From assembly GCA_030145395.1 (NCBI GenBank), contig JAQYVR010000239.1:1-45924 (forward strand): DNA of 45,924 nucleotides, in the 5' to 3' direction. The number at the start of each line of letters is the position of its first letter. The first letter of the stretch is position 1. The position numbers and the translations under genes were made by a program. This document shows positions 1 through 10,419 of this stretch, piece after piece. The notes under the pieces are model-generated. The model did no database searches, was not told the DNA's origin, and saw only the letters and a program-made list of their open reading frames with translations. The DNA comes from Desulfobacteria bacterium (GTDB taxonomy: Bacteria > Desulfobacterota > Desulfobacteria > Desulfobacterales > C00003060).

Positions 1-558
1 ATCCGGATTATCGGGATGGTAAATACAAGAATCCTGAGCGTCACAATTCGCCTTTATGTTCCTCCCTCCCCAACAGCCAAACTTTCTTGCCTGCCTAAAA
101 TGTTCAATAGTCCGTGTGCAGCTAGTAAGTCCATTCTTCTCACCCTTATACGGGGCTCGCATCCAGGGGTTTCGATAGGCTCCTGAAAACATCCGTAAAT
201 TTGCGTTCTCCAAGAAAGGAATTATGTCTGAAGTCTTGTAGTTACCCTGTGCATTGTGGAATTTATCCATCAAAAAAGTAAGGAAGCCTGGATGGGTATT
301 TGCCGAAGCTCTTCGAAGCTGTTCGACGGCACCTGTAACAGAAGAGACATCTTCAGCCGCAATCCTAGTTACTAGATCGTTTTTCATTCCGGTCATGACA
401 TGCGGACTAGAGCTATAAGGTTGCTCTCCTATATCTTCTGTCGGAAGACCTAACAGCCGACGTATAACCAGATTTGGGCTTGTGTCAACAAAGGGTATGG
501 CTATTTCCCTTATTCTTTCAAACACTTGTCCATCAATTTCGATTTTTATTGTTTCCAT
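1..558 (-). CDS. Hypothetical protein, partial (runs off the left edge); N-terminal SeqA-N/ribbon-helix-helix-like segment and Cys-containing C-terminal part
   Basis: Not in the ORF track. Manual translation from ATG 558 (AGGAGG upstream) stays open for 186 codons: METIKIEIDGQVFERIREIAIPFVDTSPNLVIRRLLGL...GCWGGRNIKANCDAQDSCIYHPDNPD. Confidence 0.8.
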   Translation of the reverse strand, partial: METIKIEIDGQVFERIREIAIPFVDTSPNLVIRRLLGLPTEDIGEQPYSSSPHVMTGMKNDLVTRIAAEDVSSVTGAVEQLRRASANTHPGFLTFLMDKFHNAQGNYKTSDIIPFLENANLRMFSGAYRNPWMRAPYKGEKNGLTSCTRTIEHFRQARKFGCWGGRNIKANCDAQDSCIYHPDNPD

Positions 559-840
559 GTCGTTGGCCTCCTGGTGCCTTTTTCAGTGTTACGCAGACCA
601 CGGTAAAGTCAATAGTCAAGCGGCACAGTTACTAGTGGTATCTGTGCAGTTATACCATCCTGCCTGTGAAGTCAAGCAAATCACCTTTTTAAAAAGGGAA
701 AGATTGGAGATAGGCCCTTGGCACGCTAAGCAATTAATATCACAAAGGATAGCGATACAAAAGGGGTAATGGGGGACGTTGGTGCAGAAAGTGCGTAGCT
801 TGTGGAAGTTGATGAGAACAAGGGGAACCTCCATGAAATA

Positions 841-917
841 TTGACCGGCGTGCTCCCCGCGCACGAAGTGCTGCCGTAAGGCAGAACCCCCGCCCGGAAG
901 GGCGGGGAGGCTTCACA
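841..917 (-). mobile_element. IS200/IS605-like non-autonomous palindromic element, copy 1
   Basis: Minus strand reads TGTGAAGCCTCCCCGCCC-TTCC-GGGCGGGG...CCGGTCAA; shares both ends with 16464-16638. Confidence 0.6.
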
Positions 918-938
918 TTTGGAGTGGATAGTCGACTT

Positions 939-2945
939 TCATCTCAAATCCAAGTCGAGCTCTCGAAGCTCTTTAATCCGATCTCTCAGCTCTGCTGCCC
1001 TCTCAAAAGCCAACTCCTTGACGGCCTCTTTCATTTCAGACTCGAGTCCCTGAATGATATTTTCCAGATCGTCCACCGAGCCAAACTCAGCAGCCGGTTC
1101 TGAGACCTTCCGCACTGTAACGTAGTCTGCCTCATAGACCGAGCTGAGTATGCTCGTGATCTCCTTCTGTATGGTCTCGGGGGTGATCCCGTGCTTCTTG
1201 TTATATGCCGTCTGAAGCCTTCGCCGCCGATTCGTCTCATCAAGAGCCTTCTGCATGGATCGAGTAACACGATCGGCGTAAAGGATTACCGTGCCAAAGA
1301 GATTTCTGGCCGCCCGGCCGCACGTCTGGATCAAGGAGCGTTCCGAGCGAAGAAACCCCTCTTTGTCAGCGTCCAATATAGCTACCAGGCTGACCTCGGG
1401 CAGGTCCAGGCCCTCCCTGAGCAGGTTGATACCTATGAGTACATCAAAGACTCCCCGACGCAGATCCCTGATTATGTCGACTCGTTCCATGGTAGTAATA
1501 TCAGAATGAAGATACCGGACCTTGACCCCCAGGTCGCTGTAATAATCGGTCAGATCCTCTGCCATCCGTTTGGTCAGGGTTGTCACAAGCACCCTCTCCT
1601 TGCGCTCTTCGCGAGCCCTGATCTCATCGAGGAGATCATCCACCTGACCCCCGGCAGGCCTAACCACAATGCTGGGGTCAATAAGCCCGGTGGGACGGAT
1701 GACCTGCTCAACGACCTGTCCTCCGGCCATCTCAATCTCGTAGTCGCTCGGTGTGGCCGACACATAGATCACCTGCTTTATCTTCTCTGTGAACTCCTCA
1801 AAGGCAAGGGGCCTGTTGTCCAGGGCCGAAGGCAGCCGGAATCCATATTCGACGAGTGTCTCCTTTCGAGACCGATCCCCGCGGTACATACCCCTCAGCT
1901 GGGGAACCGCTATGTGACTTTCATCAACAAATAGGAGAAAATCCTCAGGGAAATACTCGAGCAGGGTCGGCGGCGGGTCGCCCGGCTTTCTTCCGGTCAA
2001 ATGGCGTGAATAGTTTTCGATCCCCTGGCAGTATCCCATCTCCCGCATCATCTCCAGATCAAAATCGGTCCGCTCCTCGATCCGCTGGGCCTCAATCAAT
2101 TTCTTGGCATCTCTGAAGTATGGTATGCGCTCTTTGAGTTCTTCCTTTATCGATTTCACAGCATTATTCAAAGTGACCCTTGAGGTGACGTAATGCGTCG
2201 CCGGATAGATGAGCACCCGTTTAAGCGGCCTTACCACCTTACCCAGCAATGGGTCGATTTCATATATGTGCTCGATCGTGTCACCAAAAAACTCCACGCG
2301 GACGGCCTTGTCGTCCTCATAGGCCGGGAAAATCTCAACTCTGTCTCCCCTGACCCGGAAGGTATCACGGTGGAAATCGTGGTCGTTTCTGGTATACTGC
2401 ATAGCTACCAGACGCCTTAACATGGAGTCCCGCACAAAGTCGGTGCCTTGCTTGAGTTCGAGGCACATCTCCAGGTAATCTTCAGGAGCACCCAGACCAA
2501 AGATGCAGGATACGCTCGCCACCACAATCACGTCTCTCCGAGCCATAACAGACCGTGTGCAAGAATGTCGCAATCTATCGATCATTTCATTTATCGAGGC
2601 ATCTTTTTCAATGTAGGTGTCGGTGACAGGCAGGTAGGCCTCAGGCTGGTAGTAGTCATAGTAGCTGACAAAATACTCGACGGCATTGTCCGGAAAGAAG
2701 TTCTTGAACTCTTCGTAGAGTTGGGCGGCCAAAGTCTTGTTTGGAGCGATTACAAGGGTGGGTCTGTCCAACAGGGCTATTACGTGAGCCATGGTAAAGG
2801 TCTTGCCCGAACCGGTCACACCCAGAAGCACCTGATTACGGAGGCCCCCTCTGACCCCCTGACTTAACGCTTCAATGGCTCTCGGCTGGTCGCCTTTAGG
2901 CGAGAAGCTTGAAATCAGTTTAAAGGGAGACTGAGACCTTTCCAA
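939..2945 (-). CDS. uvrB: Excinuclease ABC subunit B
   Basis: GVTGSGKT Walker [11 protein letters not shown] beta-hairpin, DESH, C-terminal UVR domain (FERAAELRD). Confidence 0.98.
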   Translation of the reverse strand: MERSQSPFKLISSFSPKGDQPRAIEALSQGVRGGLRNQVLLGVTGSGKTFTMAHVIALLDRPTLVIAPNKTLAAQLYEEFKNFFPDNAVEYFVSYYDYYQPEAYLPVTDTYIEKDASINEMIDRLRHSCTRSVMARRDVIVVASVSCIFGLGAPEDYLEMCLELKQGTDFVRDSMLRRLVAMQYTRNDHDFHRDTFRVRGDRVEIFPAYEDDKAVRVEFFGDTIEHIYEIDPLLGKVVRPLKRVLIYPATHYVTSRVTLNNAVKSIKEELKERIPYFRDAKKLIEAQRIEERTDFDLEMMREMGYCQGIENYSRHLTGRKPGDPPPTLLEYFPEDFLLFVDESHIAVPQLRGMYRGDRSRKETLVEYGFRLPSALDNRPLAFEEFTEKIKQVIYVSATPSDYEIEMAGGQVVEQVIRPTGLIDPSIVVRPAGGQVDDLLDEIRAREERKERVLVTTLTKRMAEDLTDYYSDLGVKVRYLHSDITTMERVDIIRDLRRGVFDVLIGINLLREGLDLPEVSLVAILDADKEGFLRSERSLIQTCGRAARNLFGTVILYADRVTRSMQKALDETNRRRRLQTAYNKKHGITPETIQKEITSILSSVYEADYVTVRKVSEPAAEFGSVDDLENIIQGLESEMKEAVKELAFERAAELRDRIKELRELDLDLR

Positions 2946-3255
2946 AACGCCCTCTTTTGCCCAATCAGCGCCAAAGCTTCACTATTGTAATTCTGATAAC
3001 GACAGTCTTCTCGGCCCCATAATGGTGCAAAACGGAATATATTTCTTAGAACCCCTGTAAAGTGCCTGCGTTAGACTCAGATTTTGGTCGTTGAAGTCTC
3101 GAAATTTGTTTGGCGCGCCGTTGTGATTTACGGCTTGAGAAAATGCACTTCGTGTCGATATTCAGATTTCGGGTTTTCCTTAGGTGGGGAAAAACTGGCA
3201 GCAACTGGAAGCGTCTATAATACTCCTAAATCTAATAACTGGCACAACATAGATG

Positions 3256-5574
3256 TTATCTTATACAAACTTTCCGGACCTCTTTCAGGTCGGTGTGGCC
3301 GGTAAAGACCTTCTCAACACCGTCCTGTTTCAGTGTCCTCATTCCGTCCTCGACAGCCTGCTCCCGAATGAATTCCATCTGGGCCTTATCCTGGATCATC
3401 CTCTTCATCTCGTCGGTCCCCATTAAGAGCTCATGAATACCCATACGACCCCGATACCCGGTATTGCTGCATGCATTACAACCTACGCCCTTGCATAGCC
3501 TTATGTCATCTGAATAGGGCATATTAAGTTTTTCAAAAGCTTTTGGGCCATACTCCCGAACCAGCTCATCATATTCTTCTTGAGAAGGATTGTACTCCTT
3601 CTTACACTCTTTGCAAAGCGTACGAACCAGCCGCTGGGCAAGGATACAAAGTATGGCATCTGCAAAGTTGAAGGGATCCATACCCATGTCCAGGAGTCGT
3701 GTAATGCTCTCAGGGGCGCTGTTGGTATGCAGGGTGGAAAAGACCAAGTGGCCTGTAAGTGAGGCCTCGATGCCAATATGCGTGGTCTCTTTGTCACGCA
3801 TCTCACCGACCATAATGACGTCAGGGTCAGCCCTCAAGAACGCTCGCATGGCAGTGGCAAAATCAAAACCTATCTTGTGCTGAGTCTGAACTTGCCTGAG
3901 GCCCATTTGAGTGATCTCCACAGGGTCTTCAGCCGTCCAGATCTTGAGGTCAGGTTTGTTGATGTAGGCAAGGGCCGAATGGAGAGTTGTGGTCTTTCCA
4001 GACCCGGTAGGCCCGCACACAAAGATGAGCCCGTATGGGGTGGTAATTACGCTTAGGAAGTTATCATAATTCACCTGTGAAAATCCCATCTTACTGAGCG
4101 GTATAGGCTCACCTGCCTGTAATATACGCATAACCACGTCTTCCATGCCGCCCGCTGTCGGTACCGTGGCAACTCGGAGTTCAATTGCCTTTCCACCGTA
4201 CTTTTTGAAATCTATCTTGCCGTCCTGTGGCTTGCGACGCTCAGCAATATCCAAATTGGACATAATCTTGAGGCGGGAAACGACTGCCGCACGATAATTG
4301 TACGGAACGGTCTGATAAAGCTGGCATGCGCCGTCAACCCTGAACCGCACTTCCGTATGTTTCTTCCCAGGGTAAGGTTCGACGTGAATATCTGAGGCAT
4401 TCCGCTCATAGGCATCCAGAATCATCTTGTTAACCATTTGGACGATGGCGCTGTCCTCTTCGTTCACACCCTTTTCCGCCTCTATAATCTCATCCTCCTC
4501 TGCCTCCAACTGCCCGAGGATATCTTCAATAGAGCCCAGCTCCTTTTCGTCCTGGTAGAAGAGGGTGAGGAAACTTTCGATGTCTTCTGCAAGCGCTACA
4601 TGGAATATAATTTCCTTCCCGGGAAAGAGCGGCTTGATCATATCTACTTTTTGGAGATGGTATGGATTGTCAATCGCGATAATAACTCTTTGGCCTGCTT
4701 GATCCTGTCCAATCGGAACCCAATTGTTCTGCTTCATGAACGGTACCTTCAGACCGGCCAGAAGATCACCCGGAATTGGAACCCGCTCGTTATACTCAAC
4801 AAATGGGACCCTGTAATAGTGGCTCAAAGCCTGCCCGATGTCTTTCTTGGAAATCTTATAGGCTTTCATCAGGAGTGCTTCAATGTCCTGCCTGGTCTTC
4901 CGGGCCTCCAGTACCGCTTTGTCCAACTCCTTTTGTGTTACGAGCCCATTTTCTATTAGATAATCAAATTTACCCGGCCTGGCCTTTGCCATCCTCTTCT
5001 GATTGAACAGGGCGATCCCAAGGGTCTGGGACAGTTCCTGGACAGCCGCTTCGTCCTTCTCGCTAAAGGCCGTCCCATCCTTGCGATTGATAAGCTGGAT
5101 GGCACCCATGAGATACTTTTGAAAGCTTACAGGCGTCACCAGGACCTGTCGTGTGCGAAAACCGGTCTTTTTATCCCAGGCTTTATCGAAGCTCAACTTC
5201 GCATCGATCGCGGATAATTCCTTTTCATCGTACACGTTGTTGATGTTGATCAACTGTCCTTTATACGCTGAGTAACCTGCAACACTTGTGGTGGAGATGG
5301 GCACGCGGATCTCGCTGATCTCATCTCCTGACTTGACCCGGGACACCAGGTCCTTCTTTATTCCGTCCACCACGTAGATTGTTAGCCGCTCAGCGTCGAA
5401 CAATTTGATGATATCATCCTTTAGATCAATCAGAATCTCATCGATGTTGCTCGCGGCATGGACACGGTTCGTAATGCCCAAGAGCCTTTCTTGATGGCCC
5501 ATGGCTTCTTCAGAAGAAGAGCCATTCTCCACGGCGTTGTCAGCTGTCTGCTGTTCGGCTATCTCTGCAGCCAT
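3256..5574 (-). CDS. GspE/PulE/PilB-family secretion ATPase with N-terminal GAF domain
   Basis: ASDIHVEP, LDIAERRKPQDG, GPTGSGKTTT, EDPVE, LRADPDVIMVGEMRD, STLHTN, two CxxC; GAF motifs (DKKTGFRTRQVL, QLINRKDG..FSEKD). Confidence 0.93.
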   Translation of the reverse strand: MAAEIAEQQTADNAVENGSSSEEAMGHQERLLGITNRVHAASNIDEILIDLKDDIIKLFDAERLTIYVVDGIKKDLVSRVKSGDEISEIRVPISTTSVAGYSAYKGQLININNVYDEKELSAIDAKLSFDKAWDKKTGFRTRQVLVTPVSFQKYLMGAIQLINRKDGTAFSEKDEAAVQELSQTLGIALFNQKRMAKARPGKFDYLIENGLVTQKELDKAVLEARKTRQDIEALLMKAYKISKKDIGQALSHYYRVPFVEYNERVPIPGDLLAGLKVPFMKQNNWVPIGQDQAGQRVIIAIDNPYHLQKVDMIKPLFPGKEIIFHVALAEDIESFLTLFYQDEKELGSIEDILGQLEAEEDEIIEAEKGVNEEDSAIVQMVNKMILDAYERNASDIHVEPYPGKKHTEVRFRVDGACQLYQTVPYNYRAAVVSRLKIMSNLDIAERRKPQDGKIDFKKYGGKAIELRVATVPTAGGMEDVVMRILQAGEPIPLSKMGFSQVNYDNFLSVITTPYGLIFVCGPTGSGKTTTLHSALAYINKPDLKIWTAEDPVEITQMGLRQVQTQHKIGFDFATAMRAFLRADPDVIMVGEMRDKETTHIGIEASLTGHLVFSTLHTNSAPESITRLLDMGMDPFNFADAILCILAQRLVRTLCKECKKEYNPSQEEYDELVREYGPKAFEKLNMPYSDDIRLCKGVGCNACSNTGYRGRMGIHELLMGTDEMKRMIQDKAQMEFIREQAVEDGMRTLKQDGVEKVFTGHTDLKEVRKVCIR

Positions 5575-5626
5575 GACAGGTCAAATCTCCATGCCAAAAG
5601 GTTTTGGTTCCAAATCTATGTCCGAC

Positions 5627-5854
5627 TTACCCGCCTGAATGGGGTTCCTTGTCCTTGGCAGAATAGAACCCGTACAATTTCTTGGCACCGGCGACTATGA
5701 GGAGGACTGCAATAAAGTATCGCGCAAAGTTCAAAAAAGCGGAGTCCGCTGATACGCGCAAGGCATACGGTGTAGTGACGCAGAGGAGGACCCCCATTGC
5801 GATAAAAAGGACGCCCCATATCACTTGCGTTAGGTTGCGCTGATCAGAGGCCAT
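5627..5854 (-). CDS. Small hypothetical membrane protein (2 TM helices)
   Basis: MASDQRNLTQVIWGVLFIAMGVLLC...; AGGGAG upstream; co-oriented directly upstream of the ATPase. Confidence 0.65.
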   Translation of the reverse strand: MASDQRNLTQVIWGVLFIAMGVLLCVTTPYALRVSADSAFLNFARYFIAVLLIVAGAKKLYGFYSAKDKEPHSGG

Positions 5855-6148
5855 TGTCGAGGTCTCCCTTGTCACCCATACAGCTCTGTGGCAGGCGCAA
5901 TGTTTGACTTTGGTTCTAAAACATTCTTGCCTTGATTATAGCGACTTCCTGTTTTGCGTTGGATATGACCTTATATCGTATGATAACCCTAGCATATTGT
6001 CAATCTCTAATGCCCAAAGCACCCCACGGTCCCGGCTGTATCTTCCGTGTCTTATTATAATTCCCGGAACCATGTTCCAGCATCCAAGTTTCGGGAGACC
6101 CTTTCGCCTTCCCAAGAAGTCCTTTTGTGAAAACTACTCTAACACCCG

Positions 6149-6391
6149 AGACCTTTGCACAACCCCTTTGAGAGGACATTATGAACTTTTTGGGGCACCC
6201 ATCCCGGCAAAGCGAACGGCCCACGCCAGTGGGCAAATCCTAAGCTGTTTGAGGCCATTGGGCCGAGTTGTGGCGCTCAGGTTGCGCCTCACGGCTTGAA
6301 AAGAGGCACTACGTGCAGGATTTAGTGAGCAAGCCAGTGGATGGGTCAAATAGTTCATACAAAGGACGGAAAAGGAGTTTTGCAAAGGTCT
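6149..6391. mobile_element. MITE with IS5-like terminal inverted repeats
   Basis: AGACCTTTGCACAACCCCT at the left end and AGGAGTTTTGCAAAGGTCT at the right end (17/19 complementary); no credible coding content inside. Confidence 0.65.
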
Positions 6392-6450
6392 TAACCCTCC
6401 ATCCCTTGAGTTCACCGCAAAAATCCTAAGGCGAACTGAAAAACCATAGC

Positions 6451-7746
6451 TTACCCAACTTCCTCGACTCTCAAAACCAGCTTATCGACACCTGTGACAC
6501 GGACCTTGGCGCCTGCCTCGATCGGTTCCGAGCCCTCAGCGTTCCATAGCTCACCATGGACAAAGACTTTGCCTCCAGGTGCAAGCCTTTCTCTGACCAC
6601 GCCAACCTCCCCAATCAACCCTTTGTCTCCCGTTCGTGGTTTGGACATCTGGGAACGAAACACAAGGCCGGCCACGACAACAAAGAACCCGGAAACCATG
6701 ACAACCGTGGAAATCAGTACACGCCAGGAAAGGCGCATCTCGGGCCCGGGCCCCTGGAACAGCATCAAGGACCCCAAAAAGAGGGAGATGATACCGCCCA
6801 AGCTCAGAAGACCGTAGCTGGTCACCTTCATCTCGAGGATGAAGAGGATGAGGGCAACCGCGATCAGCAAGATTCCAGCATAGTTCACCGGCAGTGTTTG
6901 AAAGGCAAAGAAGGCCAGAATAAGTGAGATGGCCCCAATAACGCCCGGAAAAATAGTGCCGGGGTGAGAAAGCTCAAAATATAATCCGGCCATGCCGATC
7001 ATCATTAGAAGATAGGCAATGTTGGGATCACTTAGTGTCTTAAGGATCTTGTCCCTGAAACCTTCCGTCAGAATCACCCGCTGGACGTCCTTGGTGCGCA
7101 AAGTTCCTTTGTCCTTTAAGCCTTTACCATCTATCTTTTCAATCAGATCGTCCAAATCCTCGGCAATGAGGTCAATAACCTTGAGTTCCAAGGCCTCCTT
7201 TTCTGTGACGGAAACACTTTCCCGAATCGACTTTTCCGCCCATTCGCTGTTGCGACCCCGTTTTTCTGAAATGCTTTTGGTGTAGGCTACCATGTCATTG
7301 ACCACCTTCTCGGCCATGGTCTTGTCCATCTCCTTTTGGCCGAGGTTGACCGGATGGGCAGCACCAATATTGGTGCCGGGAGCCATGGCCGCAATATCAG
7401 CCGCAAGGGTGATCATCACACCGGCAGAGGCTGCCCGTGCCCCGCTCGGCGATACATAGACGACCACAGGGATCTTCGAGGCCAGCATGGCCATGACGAT
7501 TGAACGCATAGATAGGCCCAGTCCACCAGGGGTATCAAGCTGAATAACGATACAGGCAGCTTCCTCCCCCTCAGCCTTTTCAAGACTTCTTATCACATAC
7601 GCTGCCAAGCCCGGGTTGATCGTGCCAGAAACTTCAACTACATAGACCTCTCCTTTGGCAGCCTGGGCTGCCAGGGGAATGGCGCTAAGAAGCGTGGCCG
7701 CAATCAGTACCACAAATAAGGTCTGTCTAATTGTTTTCATACTCAT
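6451..7746 (-). CDS. nfeD: NfeD-family membrane-bound serine protease (ClpP class)
   Basis: LDTPGG, AASAG, IGAAHPV, TM region, C-terminal OB fold (VHGELWNA). Confidence 0.93.
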   Translation of the reverse strand: MSMKTIRQTLFVVLIAATLLSAIPLAAQAAKGEVYVVEVSGTINPGLAAYVIRSLEKAEGEEAACIVIQLDTPGGLGLSMRSIVMAMLASKIPVVVYVSPSGARAASAGVMITLAADIAAMAPGTNIGAAHPVNLGQKEMDKTMAEKVVNDMVAYTKSISEKRGRNSEWAEKSIRESVSVTEKEALELKVIDLIAEDLDDLIEKIDGKGLKDKGTLRTKDVQRVILTEGFRDKILKTLSDPNIAYLLMMIGMAGLYFELSHPGTIFPGVIGAISLILAFFAFQTLPVNYAGILLIAVALILFILEMKVTSYGLLSLGGIISLFLGSLMLFQGPGPEMRLSWRVLISTVVMVSGFFVVVAGLVFRSQMSKPRTGDKGLIGEVGVVRERLAPGGKVFVHGELWNAEGSEPIEAGAKVRVTGVDKLVLRVEEVG

Positions 7747-8470
7747 CCCTAAGCTTTTTCATATCTTCCCACACGTCGGCCTTCTTTGCGGGATTCCGGA
7801 GAAGAAAAGCCGGGTGATATGTGGGAAGAAGACGACTACCTTCATAAGTATAGAAGTTACCCCGCAACCGAGATATCGGAGTTTTGGTCGCCAGAAGTGT
7901 TTGGGCCGCAAAGCTGCCCAGGGCACATATCAGCCCAGGTCCTATAGCTCTCAACTGTCTTCGGAGAAAAGGAATGCACGCGGCGATCTCGTCCGGTTCA
8001 GGATTCCGATTCCCCGGAGGCCTGCACTTTATGATGTTGCAGATATAGACATCTTCCCGGGTCAATTCGATCGCCCGAAGTATCTTGGTAAGCAGCTGAC
8101 CAGCCTTACCCACAAACGGCTCGCCCTGCATGTCTTCTTCGTGGCCCGGCCCTTCACCTACAAAAACCAGCCTTGCCCTTGGATTCCCGACTCCAAAAAC
8201 GACATGTTTGCGCCCCTTGTGGAGTTTGCACCTCTGGCAGGCGCCAAGATCCACCTGAATTGTGTCCAGAGTCTCTGCCTGAATCGTGCCAGGAGTCTCT
8301 GCTGCTCCGCCTTCATTCCAGCGTTCCAGGATCCTGACAGAGTTTTCAGACAATGCCACGCCCTGATATCCCAATCCTTTCATATATCGGAGATAAGCCT
8401 TCAGATCCTCTCGAATCTCAGGCAAGAGTTGTGTGGAACTTTCATTGAAGGCTTTAATCGCTTCCGTCAT
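7727..8470 (-). CDS. Uracil-DNA glycosylase family 4 (Fe-S)
   Basis: [31 protein letters not shown]; start placed at MTEAIK. Confidence 0.93.
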   Translation of the reverse strand: MTEAIKAFNESSTQLLPEIREDLKAYLRYMKGLGYQGVALSENSVRILERWNEGGAAETPGTIQAETLDTIQVDLGACQRCKLHKGRKHVVFGVGNPRARLVFVGEGPGHEEDMQGEPFVGKAGQLLTKILRAIELTREDVYICNIIKCRPPGNRNPEPDEIAACIPFLRRQLRAIGPGLICALGSFAAQTLLATKTPISRLRGNFYTYEGSRLLPTYHPAFLLRNPAKKADVWEDMKKLRDEYENN

Positions 8471-9674
8471 CCGCCCTTCTCTTAATCCCCAAGACTTTGT
8501 TGAATAATACTTCTGCAAGTGCCCCCTTGTCCATAAGCGGCAAAGCCTCGTTGCGACCGTCTTGGTAAAAAAGACTTACCTGGTTGGTGTCTGAGCCAAA
8601 CCCCGAATCAGCGTGTCCGACCAAATTGGCCGCAATAAGATCCAAGTTCTTGGCAGACAGCTTGGCGCAGGCATTTTTCTCCAGATCTCGAGTTTCAGCG
8701 GCAAAACCGACCAGAATCTGCCTGTTCTTGTTCTCCCCCAGTACCCTTACAATATCAACAGTCTGCTCCAGGCTCAGATCCTGCACCATCTCCTCCTTCT
8801 TGACCTTGTGTTCAGAGAGACTGGCGGGCCGCCAGTCTGATACCGCAGCGGCCATTACTATGATTGTGGCCTTTGCCGCCGTTTCCATCACCGCGTTATA
8901 CATCTCTTCGGCTGTCCTGACCCGGATCACGATGACGCCTTGAGGGTCAGCAAGCACTGTAGGCCCGCTAACCAACGAGACTTCCGCCCCCCGCCTCCGG
9001 GCAACGCGCGCAAGCACATATCCCATCTTGCCCGAAGAAGGATTGCTGATGAACCTGACGGGATCGATCGGTTCCTGAGTGGGCCCGGCAGTTACCAGGA
9101 CCCTCTCTCCAGCCAAATCCTTGGGACACAACAGTGAGCGAACTTCTTCTGCTATTGTCTCGACATCCGGCAACCGACCTGGCCCCTCGTCGCCACAGGC
9201 GAGTAATCCGGTTTCGGGACGGAGCACCTTGATGCCGGTCCGCTCAAGCTTCTCAATGTTGTCCTGGACGAGACGGTTTTCGTACATGTGAACGTTCATG
9301 GACGGACAGACCAAGATTGGCGCTCGAACCGACAGGACAAAGGTAGTCAAAGGATCATCCGCAATCCCGTGGGACATCTTGCCAATGATATTGGCAGTGG
9401 CCGGCACGATGACAACAGCATCGGCCTCCTCTGCCCATGCGATATGTCGAAAGGGTGCGTCTTCTTGCTCCCCAAACATTTGGGTCCATACCGAATGTCC
9501 GGAGAGAGCCTGAAACGTGGTCGGGCCAACAAACGCCTGGGCCGCCCCGGTCATAATCACCCGGATGTGGGCTCCGGCTCTGACAAAGACCCTGAGAAGG
9601 TCCACGGCCTTGTAAGCAGCGATCCCACCGCACACGCCTAATACAATATTCTTATCCTTCAGGGGATCCGACAT
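8454..9674 (-). CDS. coaBC: Phosphopantothenoylcysteine decarboxylase/synthetase
   Basis: GGIAAYK, PATAN, PSMN, LACGDEGPGRL, TAGPTQEPIDPVRFISNPSSGKMG, GFAAET. Confidence 0.97.
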   Translation of the reverse strand: MSDPLKDKNIVLGVCGGIAAYKAVDLLRVFVRAGAHIRVIMTGAAQAFVGPTTFQALSGHSVWTQMFGEQEDAPFRHIAWAEEADAVVIVPATANIIGKMSHGIADDPLTTFVLSVRAPILVCPSMNVHMYENRLVQDNIEKLERTGIKVLRPETGLLACGDEGPGRLPDVETIAEEVRSLLCPKDLAGERVLVTAGPTQEPIDPVRFISNPSSGKMGYVLARVARRRGAEVSLVSGPTVLADPQGVIVIRVRTAEEMYNAVMETAAKATIIVMAAAVSDWRPASLSEHKVKKEEMVQDLSLEQTVDIVRVLGENKNRQILVGFAAETRDLEKNACAKLSAKNLDLIAANLVGHADSGFGSDTNQVSLFYQDGRNEALPLMDKGALAEVLFNKVLGIKRRADDGSD

Positions 9675-9752
9675 TTGCCTCTTTGCTATCTTTGGCGGAT
9701 AAAATATAACGACAGCGAATAGCCAAAAACTCTATGCGCTCTGCGCTTTGTG

Positions 9753-10232
9753 TTATTTCAGTAGAGTCTCTCTCTGAGTCCTTGTGGTAGGGGCGACCCA
9801 GATCTCTACTTCGGCCTTGAATTGTTTTTCGGTGATGTTGATTATGCAGTCCCGATTCGGCTTTTGGAACATCATCATCGTACGGGGAGATCTGAAAGTG
9901 GTCACGAGTCGCCAGTTATCCTGTGCCATGTTGTCCTCAAAGAATCTGACCACAGAGCTTATCTCAACGCGCCCTGTCAACACCAGGACTCCGGCTCTGA
10001 AGTCTGGGGCATGATGAACAAAAGTCCTCTTTGTGTCTACCTTGAGCTCCGAGGGGACTAGAACATCTTCAAAGTCATGGTAAAGAGGTGTTGGTTCCAC
10101 ATCCTCCGCGGTTTCAGCAGATTCTGAGCTTGTAGTAGTACTGCTCAACCGAGCGCAGCCCAAAGAGATTACGAGGACAAGCAATAGCGCTGAAATCCTA
10201 ACAAGAATCCTAACCCTTCCAAAATCTGCCAT
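9753..10232 (-). CDS. Conserved hypothetical lipoprotein
   Basis: GGGAGG RBS, hydrophobic signal and ISLG-C lipobox; upstream of coaBC. Confidence 0.75.
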   Translation of the reverse strand: MADFGRVRILVRISALLLVLVISLGCARLSSTTTSSESAETAEDVEPTPLYHDFEDVLVPSELKVDTKRTFVHHAPDFRAGVLVLTGRVEISSVVRFFEDNMAQDNWRLVTTFRSPRTMMMFQKPNRDCIINITEKQFKAEVEIWVAPTTRTQRETLLK

Positions 10233-10334
10233 GACAATCCCTCCCATGCATTAGATTTGTTTCATATTTCGCCCGTGTGCTGTTACCCAAATCCTTTCTA
10301 CCAATGTCACACAACATAGTCAAGCGACACGACC

Positions 10335-10419
10335 GAATGCGGAATGTTCTGAACCCGACAGGCGCAACACTTAAAGAGTTTTTCATCCCGCACTCCGAAA
10401 TCCCCATTCCGAATTCCAA
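10335..10419. repeat. Degenerate heptamer tandem repeats with a short complementary arm
   Basis: GAATGCGGAATG ... CGCACTCCGAAATCCCCATTCCGAATTCC; same unit as 43818-43890. Confidence 0.5.

Noticed and set aside
718-735. TGGCAC motifs as sigma-54 promoters (also near 5590 and 17110)
   Set aside because: The spacing to a -12 GC element does not fit the -24/-12 consensus.
2946-3255. Possible LexA box upstream of uvrB
   Set aside because: No convincing palindrome or repeat shared with the ruv or recD2 upstream regions was identified by eye.
5904-6415. ORFs 5904-6299, 6000-6236 and 6179-6415 as transposase fragments
   Set aside because: No DDE or HUH motifs; they are read-throughs of MITE sequence.
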